Shown in pieces: positions 29,524-40,118 of a DNA stretch of 64,000 nt. A program made the position numbers and the translations under genes. Below the pieces are notes generated by a model. That model was not told where the DNA came from. It ran no database searches and saw nothing but the letters and a program-made list of their open reading frames with translations. Origin of the DNA: an uncultured Nitrospirales bacterium (lineage in GTDB: Bacteria > UBA10199 > JADGCS01); the NCBI GenBank assembly GCA_964526915.1, contig CAZGMS010000072.1, forward strand, positions 7,341 through 71,340, in the 5' to 3' direction. The first letter of the stretch is position 1. Each line of letters begins with the position of its first letter.

Positions 29524-30321
29524 TTATTGCTTTTCGAAAACAAACAATTTCTGAGTACCATAATCACCCACAGAGGGCATTTGTGCAAACCAGCGATTGA
29601 TTTCCATATTGGGATTGGCAACAAGTTGCTCCAGTTCTGCGCATTTCGCCAATATTGGTTTGATCACTCTAGTACCAACAAAATAAGTGCTGGAAAAATT
29701 TTCTATTTTTTTCAATTTCAAACACGCGGGCAAATGCTTCAGTAGCTCGTTTTCATCAAGATACGTGTTAAAAGCAGGCATTGAAATGGCCTCTAACCCC
29801 CATTCAGCACGGAAACAGTTCAATTTATTCCACCCCTGCTTTGTGGCTTCAGATAGCAAAAGCAAACCTCCGGGCATCAACACCCTTGCGCATTCCTCAA
29901 GTGCTTTCACCTGTTTATTAAGTTCAAGCAGATTAATTAATACCCTAACAACAAAAACCTGATCATATGAGTTATCACATTCTTTTAATTGCGTAATGTC
30001 ACCAACATTAAAAGAAAGTCTTTCTTGTAAACCAGGGTTAAGGGTAGCAACTCTTTTGTTGGCTTCTTCAATCATTTTTGGAATATAATCAATGCCCTTT
30101 ATTACTACCTTTTTTTTCATGGCCACAGAAACTGCTGTGTATCCATTTGCACAGCCTGCATCCAATATCTTGGCACCATCCTTTGTATATTTTAGAAGTT
30201 CCCTGATCTCAATTTCAATAGCCTCCCGATCAGACCATGACACCGATGGCTCTTGGCCATACATATGGGCCTGTTGATTCCAATAATCATAAACCTGTTC
30301 TGCATTAAACTTTTCTTTCAT
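29524..30321 (-). CDS. class I SAM-dependent methyltransferase
   Basis: 265 aa. Motif I ILDAGCANGYT and the downstream acidic loop VIKGIDY. Confidence 0.65.
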   Translation of the reverse strand: MKEKFNAEQVYDYWNQQAHMYGQEPSVSWSDREAIEIEIRELLKYTKDGAKILDAGCANGYTAVSVAMKKKVVIKGIDYIPKMIEEANKRVATLNPGLQERLSFNVGDITQLKECDNSYDQVFVVRVLINLLELNKQVKALEECARVLMPGGLLLLSEATKQGWNKLNCFRAEWGLEAISMPAFNTYLDENELLKHLPACLKLKKIENFSSTYFVGTRVIKPILAKCAELEQLVANPNMEINRWFAQMPSVGDYGTQKLFVFEKQ

Positions 30322-31256
30322 GAATCACCTCTTTGAATTATTCTCATATCTCCCCTGACAACATAAGATGGTTTGCCCATTGTCTTAAAATGAACACGGG
30401 CCAAATACTCACCTATGATACCTAAGGAAAATAATTGCGCCCCAGAAAAAATGGCGATAATTGAAGCTAAGAATGTAAAACCATGCACAGAACTCCCTCG
30501 AATCAAATAGCTAATCAAAATATAACTCAAAATACAGATGCCAAATATTGTAAAAACAAATCCTATCAGACTCGCAATTTGCAACGGAACAACACTATAA
30601 CCAGTTGCCATATTTAACGAGTACGTTACCAACTTCAAAAAAGTGTATTGTGATTTCCCAAATGCCCTTTTTGAATGTTGCACATTCACACTAGAAAATC
30701 TGTTCGTCCCCCACGTTAACAATACATCAATTGACACAAATGGACTGTAATAATTGATAAATGCTTCTAGAATTTCCCTTCTGAAGGCACGAAATGCACT
30801 CACTTTTCTCGCCACATCGTATCCCATCACACTCTGTAAAGTTATGCGAGTAATCTGAGAAGCCAATTTTCTCCATATGTTCTGACTGACTTTTTGGGAC
30901 GTCCCATACACCACATCATAATTTTTGTTCAACGCATGCAATAAACACGGTATCTCTTCAGGTGGGTGTTGCAAATCATCATCCATGGTCACTATAATTT
31001 CATATTGGGCCTGTCTGATACCACAAAGTACAGCGTTGTGCTGACCATAATTTCTTCTCAATTGGATTGCCTTGACCTTGGGATCAAACAGAGCAATCTC
31101 AGAAATGATTTTCCACGAATCATCCGTTCCACAATCTTCAACCAAAATGATTTCATAGTTATCGGCCATCGAAGCCAATTGACAACTCAAACGTTCATAT
31201 AGTGCCCGAATACTCCCCGCACAATTGTATGCCGGTATCACAACTGAAATGCTCAT
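30318..31256 (-). CDS. GT2 polyprenyl-phosphate glycosyltransferase (GtrB / ArnC / DPM1-like)
   Basis: GT-A DxD region (ISVVIPAYN ... ILVEDCGTDDS ... TMDDDLQHPPEEIP) followed by two C-terminal TM helices, the hallmark of the Und-P-sugar-forming GtrB/ArnC class. Start moved to MSISVV (31256). Confidence 0.75.
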   Translation of the reverse strand: MSISVVIPAYNCAGSIRALYERLSCQLASMADNYEIILVEDCGTDDSWKIISEIALFDPKVKAIQLRRNYGQHNAVLCGIRQAQYEIIVTMDDDLQHPPEEIPCLLHALNKNYDVVYGTSQKVSQNIWRKLASQITRITLQSVMGYDVARKVSAFRAFRREILEAFINYYSPFVSIDVLLTWGTNRFSSVNVQHSKRAFGKSQYTFLKLVTYSLNMATGYSVVPLQIASLIGFVFTIFGICILSYILISYLIRGSSVHGFTFLASIIAIFSGAQLFSLGIIGEYLARVHFKTMGKPSYVVRGDMRIIQRGDS

Positions 31257-31266
31257 GTGATGATCT

Positions 31267-32340
31267 TTACCCTCTATTGTACTGCTTGTCATAAAACTCC
31301 AAATATTTTAGATTTCGAACATCATCAGTCCATTTTTTGTGTTCGTGGTACCAACGAACTAATGCGGAAATTTCATTCTCAAAGAGTCGCCTTGGCTTCC
31401 AAAACAACTCTTTTCGAAGCTTTGAGCTGTCCAGAGCATACCGTCTATCATGCCCTGGACGATCAGCGACGTACCGCATGAGTTTTTGTGATGTGCCCAG
31501 AGCTCTTCCCATCAATCGGTCCACGACATCACAAATCGTTGTCACGATATGAATATTACTCCTCTCTGTCTCTCCGGAAATCGCATATGTTTCACCTATC
31601 TTTCCTTGTTCTAAAATGGCCTGCAAAGCCTCACAGTGATCGAGGACATGAATCCAATCACGTACGTAAAGTCCGTCACCATAAACAGGCAGTTCTTTGT
31701 CTTCAAAAGCATTTAAGATCATCAATGGAATCAGTTTCTCTGGAAATTGCCAAGGGCCATAATTGTTCGAACAATTACTGATTATCACTGGCAAGCCATA
31801 GGTCCTGTGCCAAGCCCGCGCCAGATGGTCAGAAGCAGCCTTTGATGCAGAATATGGGCTATTGGGTTTGTAAGGTGAATTTTCGTTAAACGGTGGTGAT
31901 GTAAGATCCAGAGCACCAAAGACTTCATCTGTCGAAACATGCAAAAACAACTTGTCGTCAGAATCTACCCAGAGCTTTTGTGCAGATTCGAGCAACGTGA
32001 ACGTACCCTCAATATTTGTTTTTATGAACGGAGTCGCACCAAGAATGGAGCGATCAACGTGACTTTCGGCCGCAAAATGAACGATCGTGTCAATTTCGTA
32101 TTTAGATAAGATATCGCGAATGTTTGCACCATCACAAATATCGATTTTTTCAAAAAAGTACCTTTTGTCAGCAAATTCTGCATGGACATCTTTCAAATTT
32201 TCAAGATTCCCTGCGTACGTCAGATTGTCAACATTGACAACAAGACCCCGAAAATCCGCCTTCTTGAGAAGAGAACGAATAAAATTGGAGCCGATGAACC
32301 CCGCGCCTCCAGTCACCATGATGTTTTTTAGTTTTCTCAT
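31267..32340 (-). CDS. rmlB: dTDP-glucose 4,6-dehydratase
   Basis: 357 aa. [14 protein letters not shown] Rossmann motif, the [10 protein letters not shown] catalytic motif and RmlB-like length. Adjacent to rmlA with a 4-bp overlap. Confidence 0.9.
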   Translation of the reverse strand: MRKLKNIMVTGGAGFIGSNFIRSLLKKADFRGLVVNVDNLTYAGNLENLKDVHAEFADKRYFFEKIDICDGANIRDILSKYEIDTIVHFAAESHVDRSILGATPFIKTNIEGTFTLLESAQKLWVDSDDKLFLHVSTDEVFGALDLTSPPFNENSPYKPNSPYSASKAASDHLARAWHRTYGLPVIISNCSNNYGPWQFPEKLIPLMILNAFEDKELPVYGDGLYVRDWIHVLDHCEALQAILEQGKIGETYAISGETERSNIHIVTTICDVVDRLMGRALGTSQKLMRYVADRPGHDRRYALDSSKLRKELFWKPRRLFENEISALVRWYHEHKKWTDDVRNLKYLEFYDKQYNRG

Positions 32341-33206
32341 GTATTTTCCAAAACCCTCAATAGATATTCACCGTAACCAGATTTTAACAATGGCTGCGCA
32401 AGTTGCCTGAGTTGCTTGGCAGAAATGAATCCCATTCTGTAGGCGATTTCTTCTATGCAGGCAATTTTCAGACCCTGTCGATCTTCAATAGTTTTTATAA
32501 ACATCGCTGCATCGGCCAAAGAAGCATGAGTGCCCGTATCTAACCAGGCAAAACCTCGCCCCAACATGCGCACATTCAGTTTGCCTTGGGCCAAATAGGC
32601 AGTATTGACGTCTGTGATTTCCAGTTCCCCCCGAGGAGAAGGCTTGATTGTTTTTGCAATTTTAGCGGCCACATTGTCATAAAAATACAATCCCACAACG
32701 GCATAATTTGATTTGGGTTGCTCCGGCTTTTCCTGCAAAGAAATGGCTTTCATATTTTTGTCAAATTCAACTACTCCATAGTTCTGAGGATTGTTGACAT
32801 AATAGCCAAATATTGTTGCGCCGTTCACGTTCACTGAAACATTTTTCAGCAATCCCTGAAGCCCATCGCTGTAAAATATGTTATCTCCCAAAATCAGGCA
32901 AACAGAATCACCTGCAATAAAATTTTCACCCAAAATAAGAGCCTCCGCCAAACCACGCGGCTGTTCTTGAACTTTGTAGTTAAAAGAAAGTCCCAATTTA
33001 CTGCCGTCACCAAAAAGCATCTTAAATCGGGGAAGATCTTCTGGTGTGCTGATGATGAGAATTTCACGAATGCCAGCAAGCATAAGTGTGGAAAGAGGGT
33101 AATAGATGAGCGGTTTGTCGTACACCGGTAACAGCTGTTTACACGCTACTTGCGTTATTGGATACAACCTGGTTCCAGAGCCACCTGCTAAGATAATGCC
33201 TTTCAT
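32337..33206 (-). CDS. rmlA: glucose-1-phosphate thymidylyltransferase
   Basis: 289 aa. [18 protein letters not shown] and the LGDNIF motif. Canonical RmlA. Confidence 0.9.
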   Translation of the reverse strand: MKGIILAGGSGTRLYPITQVACKQLLPVYDKPLIYYPLSTLMLAGIREILIISTPEDLPRFKMLFGDGSKLGLSFNYKVQEQPRGLAEALILGENFIAGDSVCLILGDNIFYSDGLQGLLKNVSVNVNGATIFGYYVNNPQNYGVVEFDKNMKAISLQEKPEQPKSNYAVVGLYFYDNVAAKIAKTIKPSPRGELEITDVNTAYLAQGKLNVRMLGRGFAWLDTGTHASLADAAMFIKTIEDRQGLKIACIEEIAYRMGFISAKQLRQLAQPLLKSGYGEYLLRVLENT

Positions 33207-34816
33207 AAATTTTCTCCTCTATATGAAACCTCATACTCAAGCACATCACGAAACTGATATTGTAAAACTTGATTCTTAATTTTTTTTCCAAATTCAGGAC
33301 AATACCAGTTCTGAAGGAACTTCGGAGCACACAGAGAACGGATACAAACCCTCACGCCCTTATAAAAAATATTCACCTCGCTGTCAGCAATAGTAATCTG
33401 AGCCTCGGGCACAGCATGTAGGTATGAGGCGCAACAATATTGGTTAGCTGAAATAACAGCATCTCTAATGACAAGCGCATTTTCATTCATAAGGATCCTT
33501 CTTGTTACCAATGGTTTTCCCAAAAGGTAACAGTACCCCGTATGCGCCGCCTCAATCATAACCGAAGAATTTTCTTCTACAATAGAAGTTTCCAAAGGAT
33601 AACCTCTTCGCCCCACCCTGTGGGCCGCCCATATCTCTGCTTGTTCCTGGTCATCAACAGTCACCGTGTTATGAGCAGAAGTTGATCGGCAATACTGCCG
33701 CATGGCTGATGGTAAATATTCATAGTTGCCACTGTCAACGATCACAGGGACACCATCAATCCACAAACAAAAAGAAAGCATATCACAATGGGCATGACCA
33801 GGCTGATGATCAGGACCAATTTTTCCCACATCTTGAATCAGCGTAAACCTACCTTTTTTGACGACAACATAACCCGAATCCTTTAGCCACGTCACTTCAC
33901 CATCTTCCTCCGGGCAATGCCACCCCAATAGATCCTGTCCATATTCAAACAGGTCATCCGCCTGAGGGGCACCCTCATACCCTGCATCCCCAAACAGAGC
34001 GAATTTTCCATCAACACTCATGTGCCACAACCAATTCAAACCCTTATGTGCCACATCAATCAACTTGCCATAAACGTTTTGCGAAAGGGGACGGTTGCGG
34101 GTCAAATTGAGGATATCAAGAATGCGTTCCAGCAAAATGGCATGATACATTGGCGACAATTCATAATGCCCGCCATCAGCCAAAAACTGTGCATCGATTT
34201 CTTTGACCAACTGATCATAAATAATTTGTTGTTGTGATGTTTTGCAACAGACGTGGCTCACCAAATACAAAGCGAAAAGATTTTCCAATAAGTGATTGCC
34301 CAAAAGATGGTACTCTCGTCGTGCATAAAGAACGGATGCCTGCTGTGCCAGCGACAACCGTATCTTGGCAGAGTCTGAGAGTCGCCCTTGAGCCAACAAC
34401 TTGATCCATGTGACCATACGGAGTGAGATGGGATAAGCCTCCCAGCCATTACCCTTAAATGGAGAGTTGTCATCAATCCATTTGTTTACCCAATCGTCAA
34501 CGGGACAATCGTCCTCCAGTAACCAATCCTGATAGTGCAAACGATAACTCCAGAGCTTGTCATTTTTTACAAAATCCCAATCACGACCCACCAAAGTATT
34601 TTGTTTGTTGTTGAAAAGAAATGCTCCACTGCCAAGATAATGTTTGCGATTAGCCACTGGGAAAGACAACTCCGGTTTTAGAGAACACGATGAAATAATA
34701 AATATCTTCTTTGGACATAATGGCATCACAGCATAATATAGCCTGTAAAATATTTGAGATGCTTTCAAATGTTTCAGTGTTCTAAAATATCTGCTCATGT
34801 AACCAAAACAATTCAT
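33203..34816 (-). CDS. heparinase II/III-like family protein
   Basis: 537 aa. Recognised from the central and C-terminal region ([11 protein letters not shown] ... [11 protein letters not shown] ... HAHCDMLSF), which is typical of the heparinase II/III-like proteins recurrently annotated in EPS / O-antigen clusters. Confidence 0.55.
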   Translation of the reverse strand: MNCFGYMSRYFRTLKHLKASQIFYRLYYAVMPLCPKKIFIISSCSLKPELSFPVANRKHYLGSGAFLFNNKQNTLVGRDWDFVKNDKLWSYRLHYQDWLLEDDCPVDDWVNKWIDDNSPFKGNGWEAYPISLRMVTWIKLLAQGRLSDSAKIRLSLAQQASVLYARREYHLLGNHLLENLFALYLVSHVCCKTSQQQIIYDQLVKEIDAQFLADGGHYELSPMYHAILLERILDILNLTRNRPLSQNVYGKLIDVAHKGLNWLWHMSVDGKFALFGDAGYEGAPQADDLFEYGQDLLGWHCPEEDGEVTWLKDSGYVVVKKGRFTLIQDVGKIGPDHQPGHAHCDMLSFCLWIDGVPVIVDSGNYEYLPSAMRQYCRSTSAHNTVTVDDQEQAEIWAAHRVGRRGYPLETSIVEENSSVMIEAAHTGYCYLLGKPLVTRRILMNENALVIRDAVISANQYCCASYLHAVPEAQITIADSEVNIFYKGVRVCIRSLCAPKFLQNWYCPEFGKKIKNQVLQYQFRDVLEYEVSYRGENL

Positions 34817-36966
34817 TGTGTTATTAGTAAAGTTTCTCTGGTTTTGATGGCTTCACTTACCAAAAAAGTCGCCTCTGTTGTGACAAAGATTTCATCAAGA
34901 GGGATAGGGTGTTGGTGCTTGTTGATCACAGCAGAGAAAAAAGCCAAAAACTCCTCCTGAAACCCCTTGCTTTGTTTGCCTTTCAGTTTTTTTCGGCCCA
35001 ATTTCCCAAAACATTCTGTACTCACAAAATCCTTCATTAAACACACAGACTCATCCACAAATATCTCGCCCTGTTCTTTGGGATGGTCACGAGATCCAAA
35101 CGATGTGTAAATAAAATTAGCCAGAGAACCATCTGAATACTCAATATTGATCGAAACATTGTCGGCGGCCTGTCGCTCTGCATTATCACCACCAACAGAG
35201 CAAGCTTGCACTGTCCGCGGCATAGCAGACAAAATATAACTGACAAAATCAATAAAATGACAAACTTCACCAATGATACGCCCTCCCCCCTTAATGGGAT
35301 CATGAACCCAGGAGTCATAAGGAATGTGCCCCGCATTGATGCGATAATTTACCACCGCGGGCGATGTTTTTTTCGCCAAATAGTCTCTCAAAAGCTTGGC
35401 ATGTGGCGAAAAACGCCTGTTAAACCCTACAGTCAATATTCCAGAGTGAATTTGAACAGCTTGTTTGATGGCTTCCAATTCGTCCCTGTTCAACGCAAGG
35501 GGTTTTTCTACAAAAACATTTTTTCCCGCCTCTAGAGCCTTTACAACCAATCCGGCATGAGAATCATGACGGGTCGCAATCACAACGGTATTGATTCGTG
35601 GGTCAGCAAAAAGTTCGGCAGAATCCGTCGTGACGTACTCAAATCCTGTTTTTTTTGCGACTGCCGTGATATCAATTCCTGTTGTGGCACAAAGACATCT
35701 GAGTGAAATGTGATTTTGTTTTTGCAAAGCAGGCAACAACACAGCTTTTGCAAAATTGCCCATGCCAATCATACCCACGACACAATCGGTTACCTGATGG
35801 TTCTGTCCACAAATCACTTTGCGTTCTGGGACTCTCGTCGTTCCGTCAGATTTGCCATAACCAATCACAATACCCAAATACTCACTTTTTTCCCTGCCCA
35901 ACAACAAATCGTAGGCCTTGAGTCCTTCGGCAATATCATACTCATGTGTGATCATCTTGGAAGGAGTCACATGGCCATCGGCAATCAAATCCAAAAAGAA
36001 CTCAATGTTTCGTTGTTCAGTCCAACGCACATAGCCATAAGGATAATCATGCCCCTTTTCTTCATAATTGGTATCATAGCGTCCGGGCCCGTAAGACATG
36101 CTCAGTTTGAAATCCAGTTCCTTTTTGTAAAACACATCCCTGGGTATGTTCATTCCAACCATGCCCGTCACCACCACTTTGCCCTTATGACGCGCAATCT
36201 GGCCTGCCAGCTCAACAGGCTCATTGGAATTCGTTGCCGCTGTGATGAGAACGCCATCAACACCATTTCCCTTTGAAAAAGCATCGCATGTGGCCACAAG
36301 ATTGTCCTTAACCACAGAATCAGCCCCAAGCTCTTGCGCCAATGAACAGCGTCGTGCATCAGGGTCAAAACCCACCACTTTGGCACCACTGGCTTTCAAA
36401 ATTTGTACAGCAAAAAGCCCAAGCAAACCCAATCCCATCACACAAACAGTTTCACCTACCCTCACATCACATTGCCTGACACCCTGCAGGGCAATCGCAC
36501 CCACCGTTGCACAGGACGCATCCCTAAAAGAAACCTTGTCGGGAATTTTGACCAGCAGATTTTTTGGTACATAATTGAACTCCGCATGGTTCGCATAACC
36601 TGCCCCTGCGCAGGCCACACGATCACCATTCACCAACCCCTTGACCCCTTGTCCAACCTCCACCACCACACCAGCACACGAATAGCCCAAAGGAATAGGC
36701 TGATCGAGTTTGGCCTGTACCTTTTCCCAGGTTTCAAACAATCCCTCAGTCTTAATTTTTTGAATCACTTTTTTGACCTGATCAGGCATGGCACAGGCCT
36801 TGCCCAATAAATTTTTCTGGGCAAACGACACCAACATTTTTTCGGTACCTGATGAAATAAACGAATGATGTGTTTCAACCACAACGCCTTCCGGTTTGAG
36901 TATGGGTACAGGCACGTCCGCCAACCAGATTTCTCCTGTTTTGAATGACTGAATAATTTGTTTCAT
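34813..36966 (-). CDS. bi-domain oxidoreductase (N-terminal zinc-type MDR alcohol dehydrogenase + C-terminal Gfo/Idh/MocA NAD(P)-binding domain)
   Basis: N-terminal half is MDR-like (GYSCAGVVVEVG ... VCVMGLGLLGLFAVQILKASGAKVVG). C-terminal half has the Gfo/Idh/MocA Rossmann (VGMIGMGNFAKAVLLPAL ... EKPLAL). Start moved to MKQIIQ at 36966 to avoid a 52-bp overlap. Confidence 0.7.
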   Translation of the reverse strand: MKQIIQSFKTGEIWLADVPVPILKPEGVVVETHHSFISSGTEKMLVSFAQKNLLGKACAMPDQVKKVIQKIKTEGLFETWEKVQAKLDQPIPLGYSCAGVVVEVGQGVKGLVNGDRVACAGAGYANHAEFNYVPKNLLVKIPDKVSFRDASCATVGAIALQGVRQCDVRVGETVCVMGLGLLGLFAVQILKASGAKVVGFDPDARRCSLAQELGADSVVKDNLVATCDAFSKGNGVDGVLITAATNSNEPVELAGQIARHKGKVVVTGMVGMNIPRDVFYKKELDFKLSMSYGPGRYDTNYEEKGHDYPYGYVRWTEQRNIEFFLDLIADGHVTPSKMITHEYDIAEGLKAYDLLLGREKSEYLGIVIGYGKSDGTTRVPERKVICGQNHQVTDCVVGMIGMGNFAKAVLLPALQKQNHISLRCLCATTGIDITAVAKKTGFEYVTTDSAELFADPRINTVVIATRHDSHAGLVVKALEAGKNVFVEKPLALNRDELEAIKQAVQIHSGILTVGFNRRFSPHAKLLRDYLAKKTSPAVVNYRINAGHIPYDSWVHDPIKGGGRIIGEVCHFIDFVSYILSAMPRTVQACSVGGDNAERQAADNVSINIEYSDGSLANFIYTSFGSRDHPKEQGEIFVDESVCLMKDFVSTECFGKLGRKKLKGKQSKGFQEEFLAFFSAVINKHQHPIPLDEIFVTTEATFLVSEAIKTRETLLITQ

Positions 36967-36968
36967 AG

Positions 36969-38132
36969 TCACGATTTCCTTGTCATTACAGGTTGTACAA
37001 ACGACAAACAATCCACCCACCCCTGAACATAAGTGTGAATGTTGTATCTGTTATTAATGATATCCTGAGCATGGCTTTTCAGACGTTGTTTGTACGGCTG
37101 ATCCTCACACATTTTTTTCAAATAACCACACAGGCGTTCTTCATTCAGGTCTTCGTCAAGAACGCCATTATTTTTATTGATCAGATCAACCTCACACCCA
37201 TCTCCCGCCGTTGCAATGACCGGTACCCCATGTAGCAATGCGTCAGATATGGCCAATCCTCCCAATCCAGGCAAAACCATTACATCGGCCTTGAAAAAAT
37301 ATTGTGAAACCCCATCCCTCTGTTCTCCAACAAATTGAATATTCCTGATGTTCCATTCACGCGCCAAAGAGCGTAACCTGGCATCGTCCTCTCCCTTGCC
37401 AACAATCAACAAGCACACTTCTTGAGACACAAATTTTTCCAGTTCCGCAAAGGCCTTCAACAAAACATCCACTTTTTTCTCTTTCGTAAGAACCCCAACA
37501 TACAACACCACAAAATCAAACCGAGAATGAATGTCTCTGTAAAGAAGGGAACGGTCAAAACAAGCCATATCCTTGAGTCGTTGCTCGGTATCCACAACAT
37601 TCAACGCCACAAAGATTTTATGGGAATCAATACCAAGGCGTTCATAATACGCTTTGCCCACAGAACTGTAAGTCAAACAGGCCTCTGAACGACGCTCTAA
37701 AAAGTGAATGATCGGATCCATGACTCTACGATGCCATGATTTTTTGCGCTTGCTGATTTCACCCAGACTCCACTGAACAACTTTGCGTCTGAACAGCCAA
37801 GCATAAAATTGGGCTTGCATGCCATTGAGAAAATTGGAGGCCCCCTTTACAACAACCACATCGGGTGAGAACCTGAGAAGTTCAATAAACACAAACGGAC
37901 TGAATGACGAGTAACCTTTTCCATTTGATGTGCTGATCCGAATGGGTATTGAAAACATTTCTTTTGATGCAAAGCTATGCGATTTTTTTGAATTAACAAG
38001 CTTAGTGCCTTTCACATCACAGCCATGAAATACTTTGATGTGCAAACTTTCAACCTGACTCAAGCGTTCGTAAACTGAGACCCGGTAATCTTGAATGACA
38101 CGAGGCAATATGGCAACACGCATTTTTGTCAT
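36969..38132 (-). CDS. glycosyltransferase, GT4 family
   Basis: 387 aa. C-terminal GT4 motif region (GLGGLAISDALLHGVPVIATAGDG). Confidence 0.7.
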   Translation of the reverse strand: MTKMRVAILPRVIQDYRVSVYERLSQVESLHIKVFHGCDVKGTKLVNSKKSHSFASKEMFSIPIRISTSNGKGYSSFSPFVFIELLRFSPDVVVVKGASNFLNGMQAQFYAWLFRRKVVQWSLGEISKRKKSWHRRVMDPIIHFLERRSEACLTYSSVGKAYYERLGIDSHKIFVALNVVDTEQRLKDMACFDRSLLYRDIHSRFDFVVLYVGVLTKEKKVDVLLKAFAELEKFVSQEVCLLIVGKGEDDARLRSLAREWNIRNIQFVGEQRDGVSQYFFKADVMVLPGLGGLAISDALLHGVPVIATAGDGCEVDLINKNNGVLDEDLNEERLCGYLKKMCEDQPYKQRLKSHAQDIINNRYNIHTYVQGWVDCLSFVQPVMTRKS

Positions 38133-39124
38133 GCAGACACTATCCTTTTAACGTCAGAAAAAGATAATGTCTTTGTTTCCAAAAGCAGGGTTTTTAACGC
38201 CTGATGAGTCTTTGCTGTCCACAACTTGGGATGATGCACCCACACTTGAAATAACCGTTTTTTTTGTCTGCCTTTTTTGAGTTGTTTCATGACCAAATCA
38301 ACACTAGCCAAATCAAGGGTAGATGACCTCAATTCAGACAATAGTAATCGTAAAATTTGTTTTGCCAACGGCTTGGGCTTACGCAATCCCTGACCATCAC
38401 CACAACGAGCGCTCCTGCGCATTTGGAAATAATTTTTTAACAAGGTCCTTCCTGAAATCTTCACCGAAGTCATGGGTACTTCAAAAAACTTACCCAGTTC
38501 TTGTGGCAAACACGGATCATTTTCAAAACGCCAGTAATCTTTTTCCTGCGGTGCTTTTGTAAAATCATATGCTGCTTGCTCGTTATCATTGTTTGCAATC
38601 CCTGGCCGCACACTAAAATCATAGTGCAAACCCTGTGATAACATGTGATTCTTCAGTTCTTGAAACGGCTGAACACACCAGCCACCAGCCCTGAAGGCCT
38701 GCACTTTGTATGCTGGACAAACTTGCTGGACAATCTCTTCAATCATCTCCTTGCCACTTGCAATCAAAGCACCTCTCTCGCGCTCACCCAAGGATTGTAA
38801 CCGGTATCTCTCGTGAGTCTTGAATGTCCACTCGTTACCATTTAGCGGTACAGCATCAAGCCATTGTGGATGCAAATGCAAACCAAAATCATGGCCCGCT
38901 TTTGCCATCTCAATGATTTGTGCCCTGACTTTTTCAAAATCAGGGTGTCGTTGTGCAACAAGATGCAAAAGGTAGCTGGCATCAATAAAGAAGATGCCTG
39001 TCGCATTGTGTTCTTTCAATATCTGTAAAATAGCAGATGTCGGTTCAAGGAGACATTTCTGTGCTGTCCCGCTATGAGCACCCAAAAAAAGCTCATAATC
39101 AAATGTGAGAACAATCTGATTCAT
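38129..39124 (-). CDS. polysaccharide deacetylase family protein (CE4-like, TFDYE subtype)
   Basis: 331 aa. N-terminal LTFDYE motif and His motif GHDFGLHLHP. Confidence 0.5.
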   Translation of the reverse strand: MNQIVLTFDYELFLGAHSGTAQKCLLEPTSAILQILKEHNATGIFFIDASYLLHLVAQRHPDFEKVRAQIIEMAKAGHDFGLHLHPQWLDAVPLNGNEWTFKTHERYRLQSLGERERGALIASGKEMIEEIVQQVCPAYKVQAFRAGGWCVQPFQELKNHMLSQGLHYDFSVRPGIANNDNEQAAYDFTKAPQEKDYWRFENDPCLPQELGKFFEVPMTSVKISGRTLLKNYFQMRRSARCGDGQGLRKPKPLAKQILRLLLSELRSSTLDLASVDLVMKQLKKGRQKKRLFQVWVHHPKLWTAKTHQALKTLLLETKTLSFSDVKRIVSA

Positions 39125-40118
39125 GTGATCGTGCTCTTTCTTGATCGATAATGTCGCCTGTATATTTCAACCCCCTGGCATAGGCATTCAGTTTGGCCGT
39201 GGCTGTGAACAACTTATAGCGCAAGGGTTTCAAAGGGTATTTCCACAAATAGCCCACCTTCAGCTGGCCTCCAAAACGCGATTTGAACCGCTGAATACTT
39301 TCCTGCCTGGAGCCTGGTAGCGGCGACATTCTGGCACCCATAAAATCATACACAAGCACTCCGTGCGCCTTCATGTCCAACATGATCTTCCACTGCAAAT
39401 AATTCATTGCTCCCAAACTTGGTCCTTCAATACTGCCACCATGCAAATAATATGCAGAGCTCCCTGCTTTCCAAATCACAACGGCACAACCCTGACTTTT
39501 ACCATTTTTTTTTGCCACATAAAATGAAACTTGGTCTCCCAACTCGGCGGCCAACCTCATTAATTCACCTTTCCTTGCCCACGGGAGGGATTGTCGTTGC
39601 ATGGTCTGTTGTATCAAACGTGCACATTCATCCAGATATTCAGTCCCTGATACAATTTGCACTCCCTCCGCCATTGCCTTTCTGATGACATTTCTATGTT
39701 TGTGATGGAGCCCGGCAAACAAATCACTTTCCTGTGCTGTCAAATCAACTTGGAATGAACTGAACTGGCAATGAATGGAGTTTTGAGGACACGCACGAAA
39801 AACGGCGGAGGTATGCGGCTGATAGATAAAATCAACATTCAGTTGTTTTGACAACTCAACGACCTCACCTAAAAAGAGTCTCTCCGCCTCTGCTGATACC
39901 GGCTCCACAAACACAGTAGCGGAAGGAAAAACCAGTCTGTTAAAAAAAGCCCTGCGCTCAACAACATAGGGCAGTATCATTTGGTCAGACACAAACCAGC
40001 CGTATTCACCCGATGAACGAGCCTTCAAATAGCCCTCTGTGGCCACAATAGGAAGAGGCGTCAATAAGACAGGTTCTGTTTTTTCAATTTTGATCAACAA
40101 AGTTCTCAACTTTTGCAA
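39099..40118 (-). CDS. FemAB / CelD-like GNAT-fold acyl- or aminoacyl-transferase
   Basis: 339 aa. C-terminal RFKSRFGG motif and the overall length and pattern of FemAB-family (Acetyltransf_6-like) proteins that recur in EPS loci. Confidence 0.5.
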   Translation of the reverse strand: MQKLRTLLIKIEKTEPVLLTPLPIVATEGYLKARSSGEYGWFVSDQMILPYVVERRAFFNRLVFPSATVFVEPVSAEAERLFLGEVVELSKQLNVDFIYQPHTSAVFRACPQNSIHCQFSSFQVDLTAQESDLFAGLHHKHRNVIRKAMAEGVQIVSGTEYLDECARLIQQTMQRQSLPWARKGELMRLAAELGDQVSFYVAKKNGKSQGCAVVIWKAGSSAYYLHGGSIEGPSLGAMNYLQWKIMLDMKAHGVLVYDFMGARMSPLPGSRQESIQRFKSRFGGQLKVGYLWKYPLKPLRYKLFTATAKLNAYARGLKYTGDIIDQERARSHESDCSHI

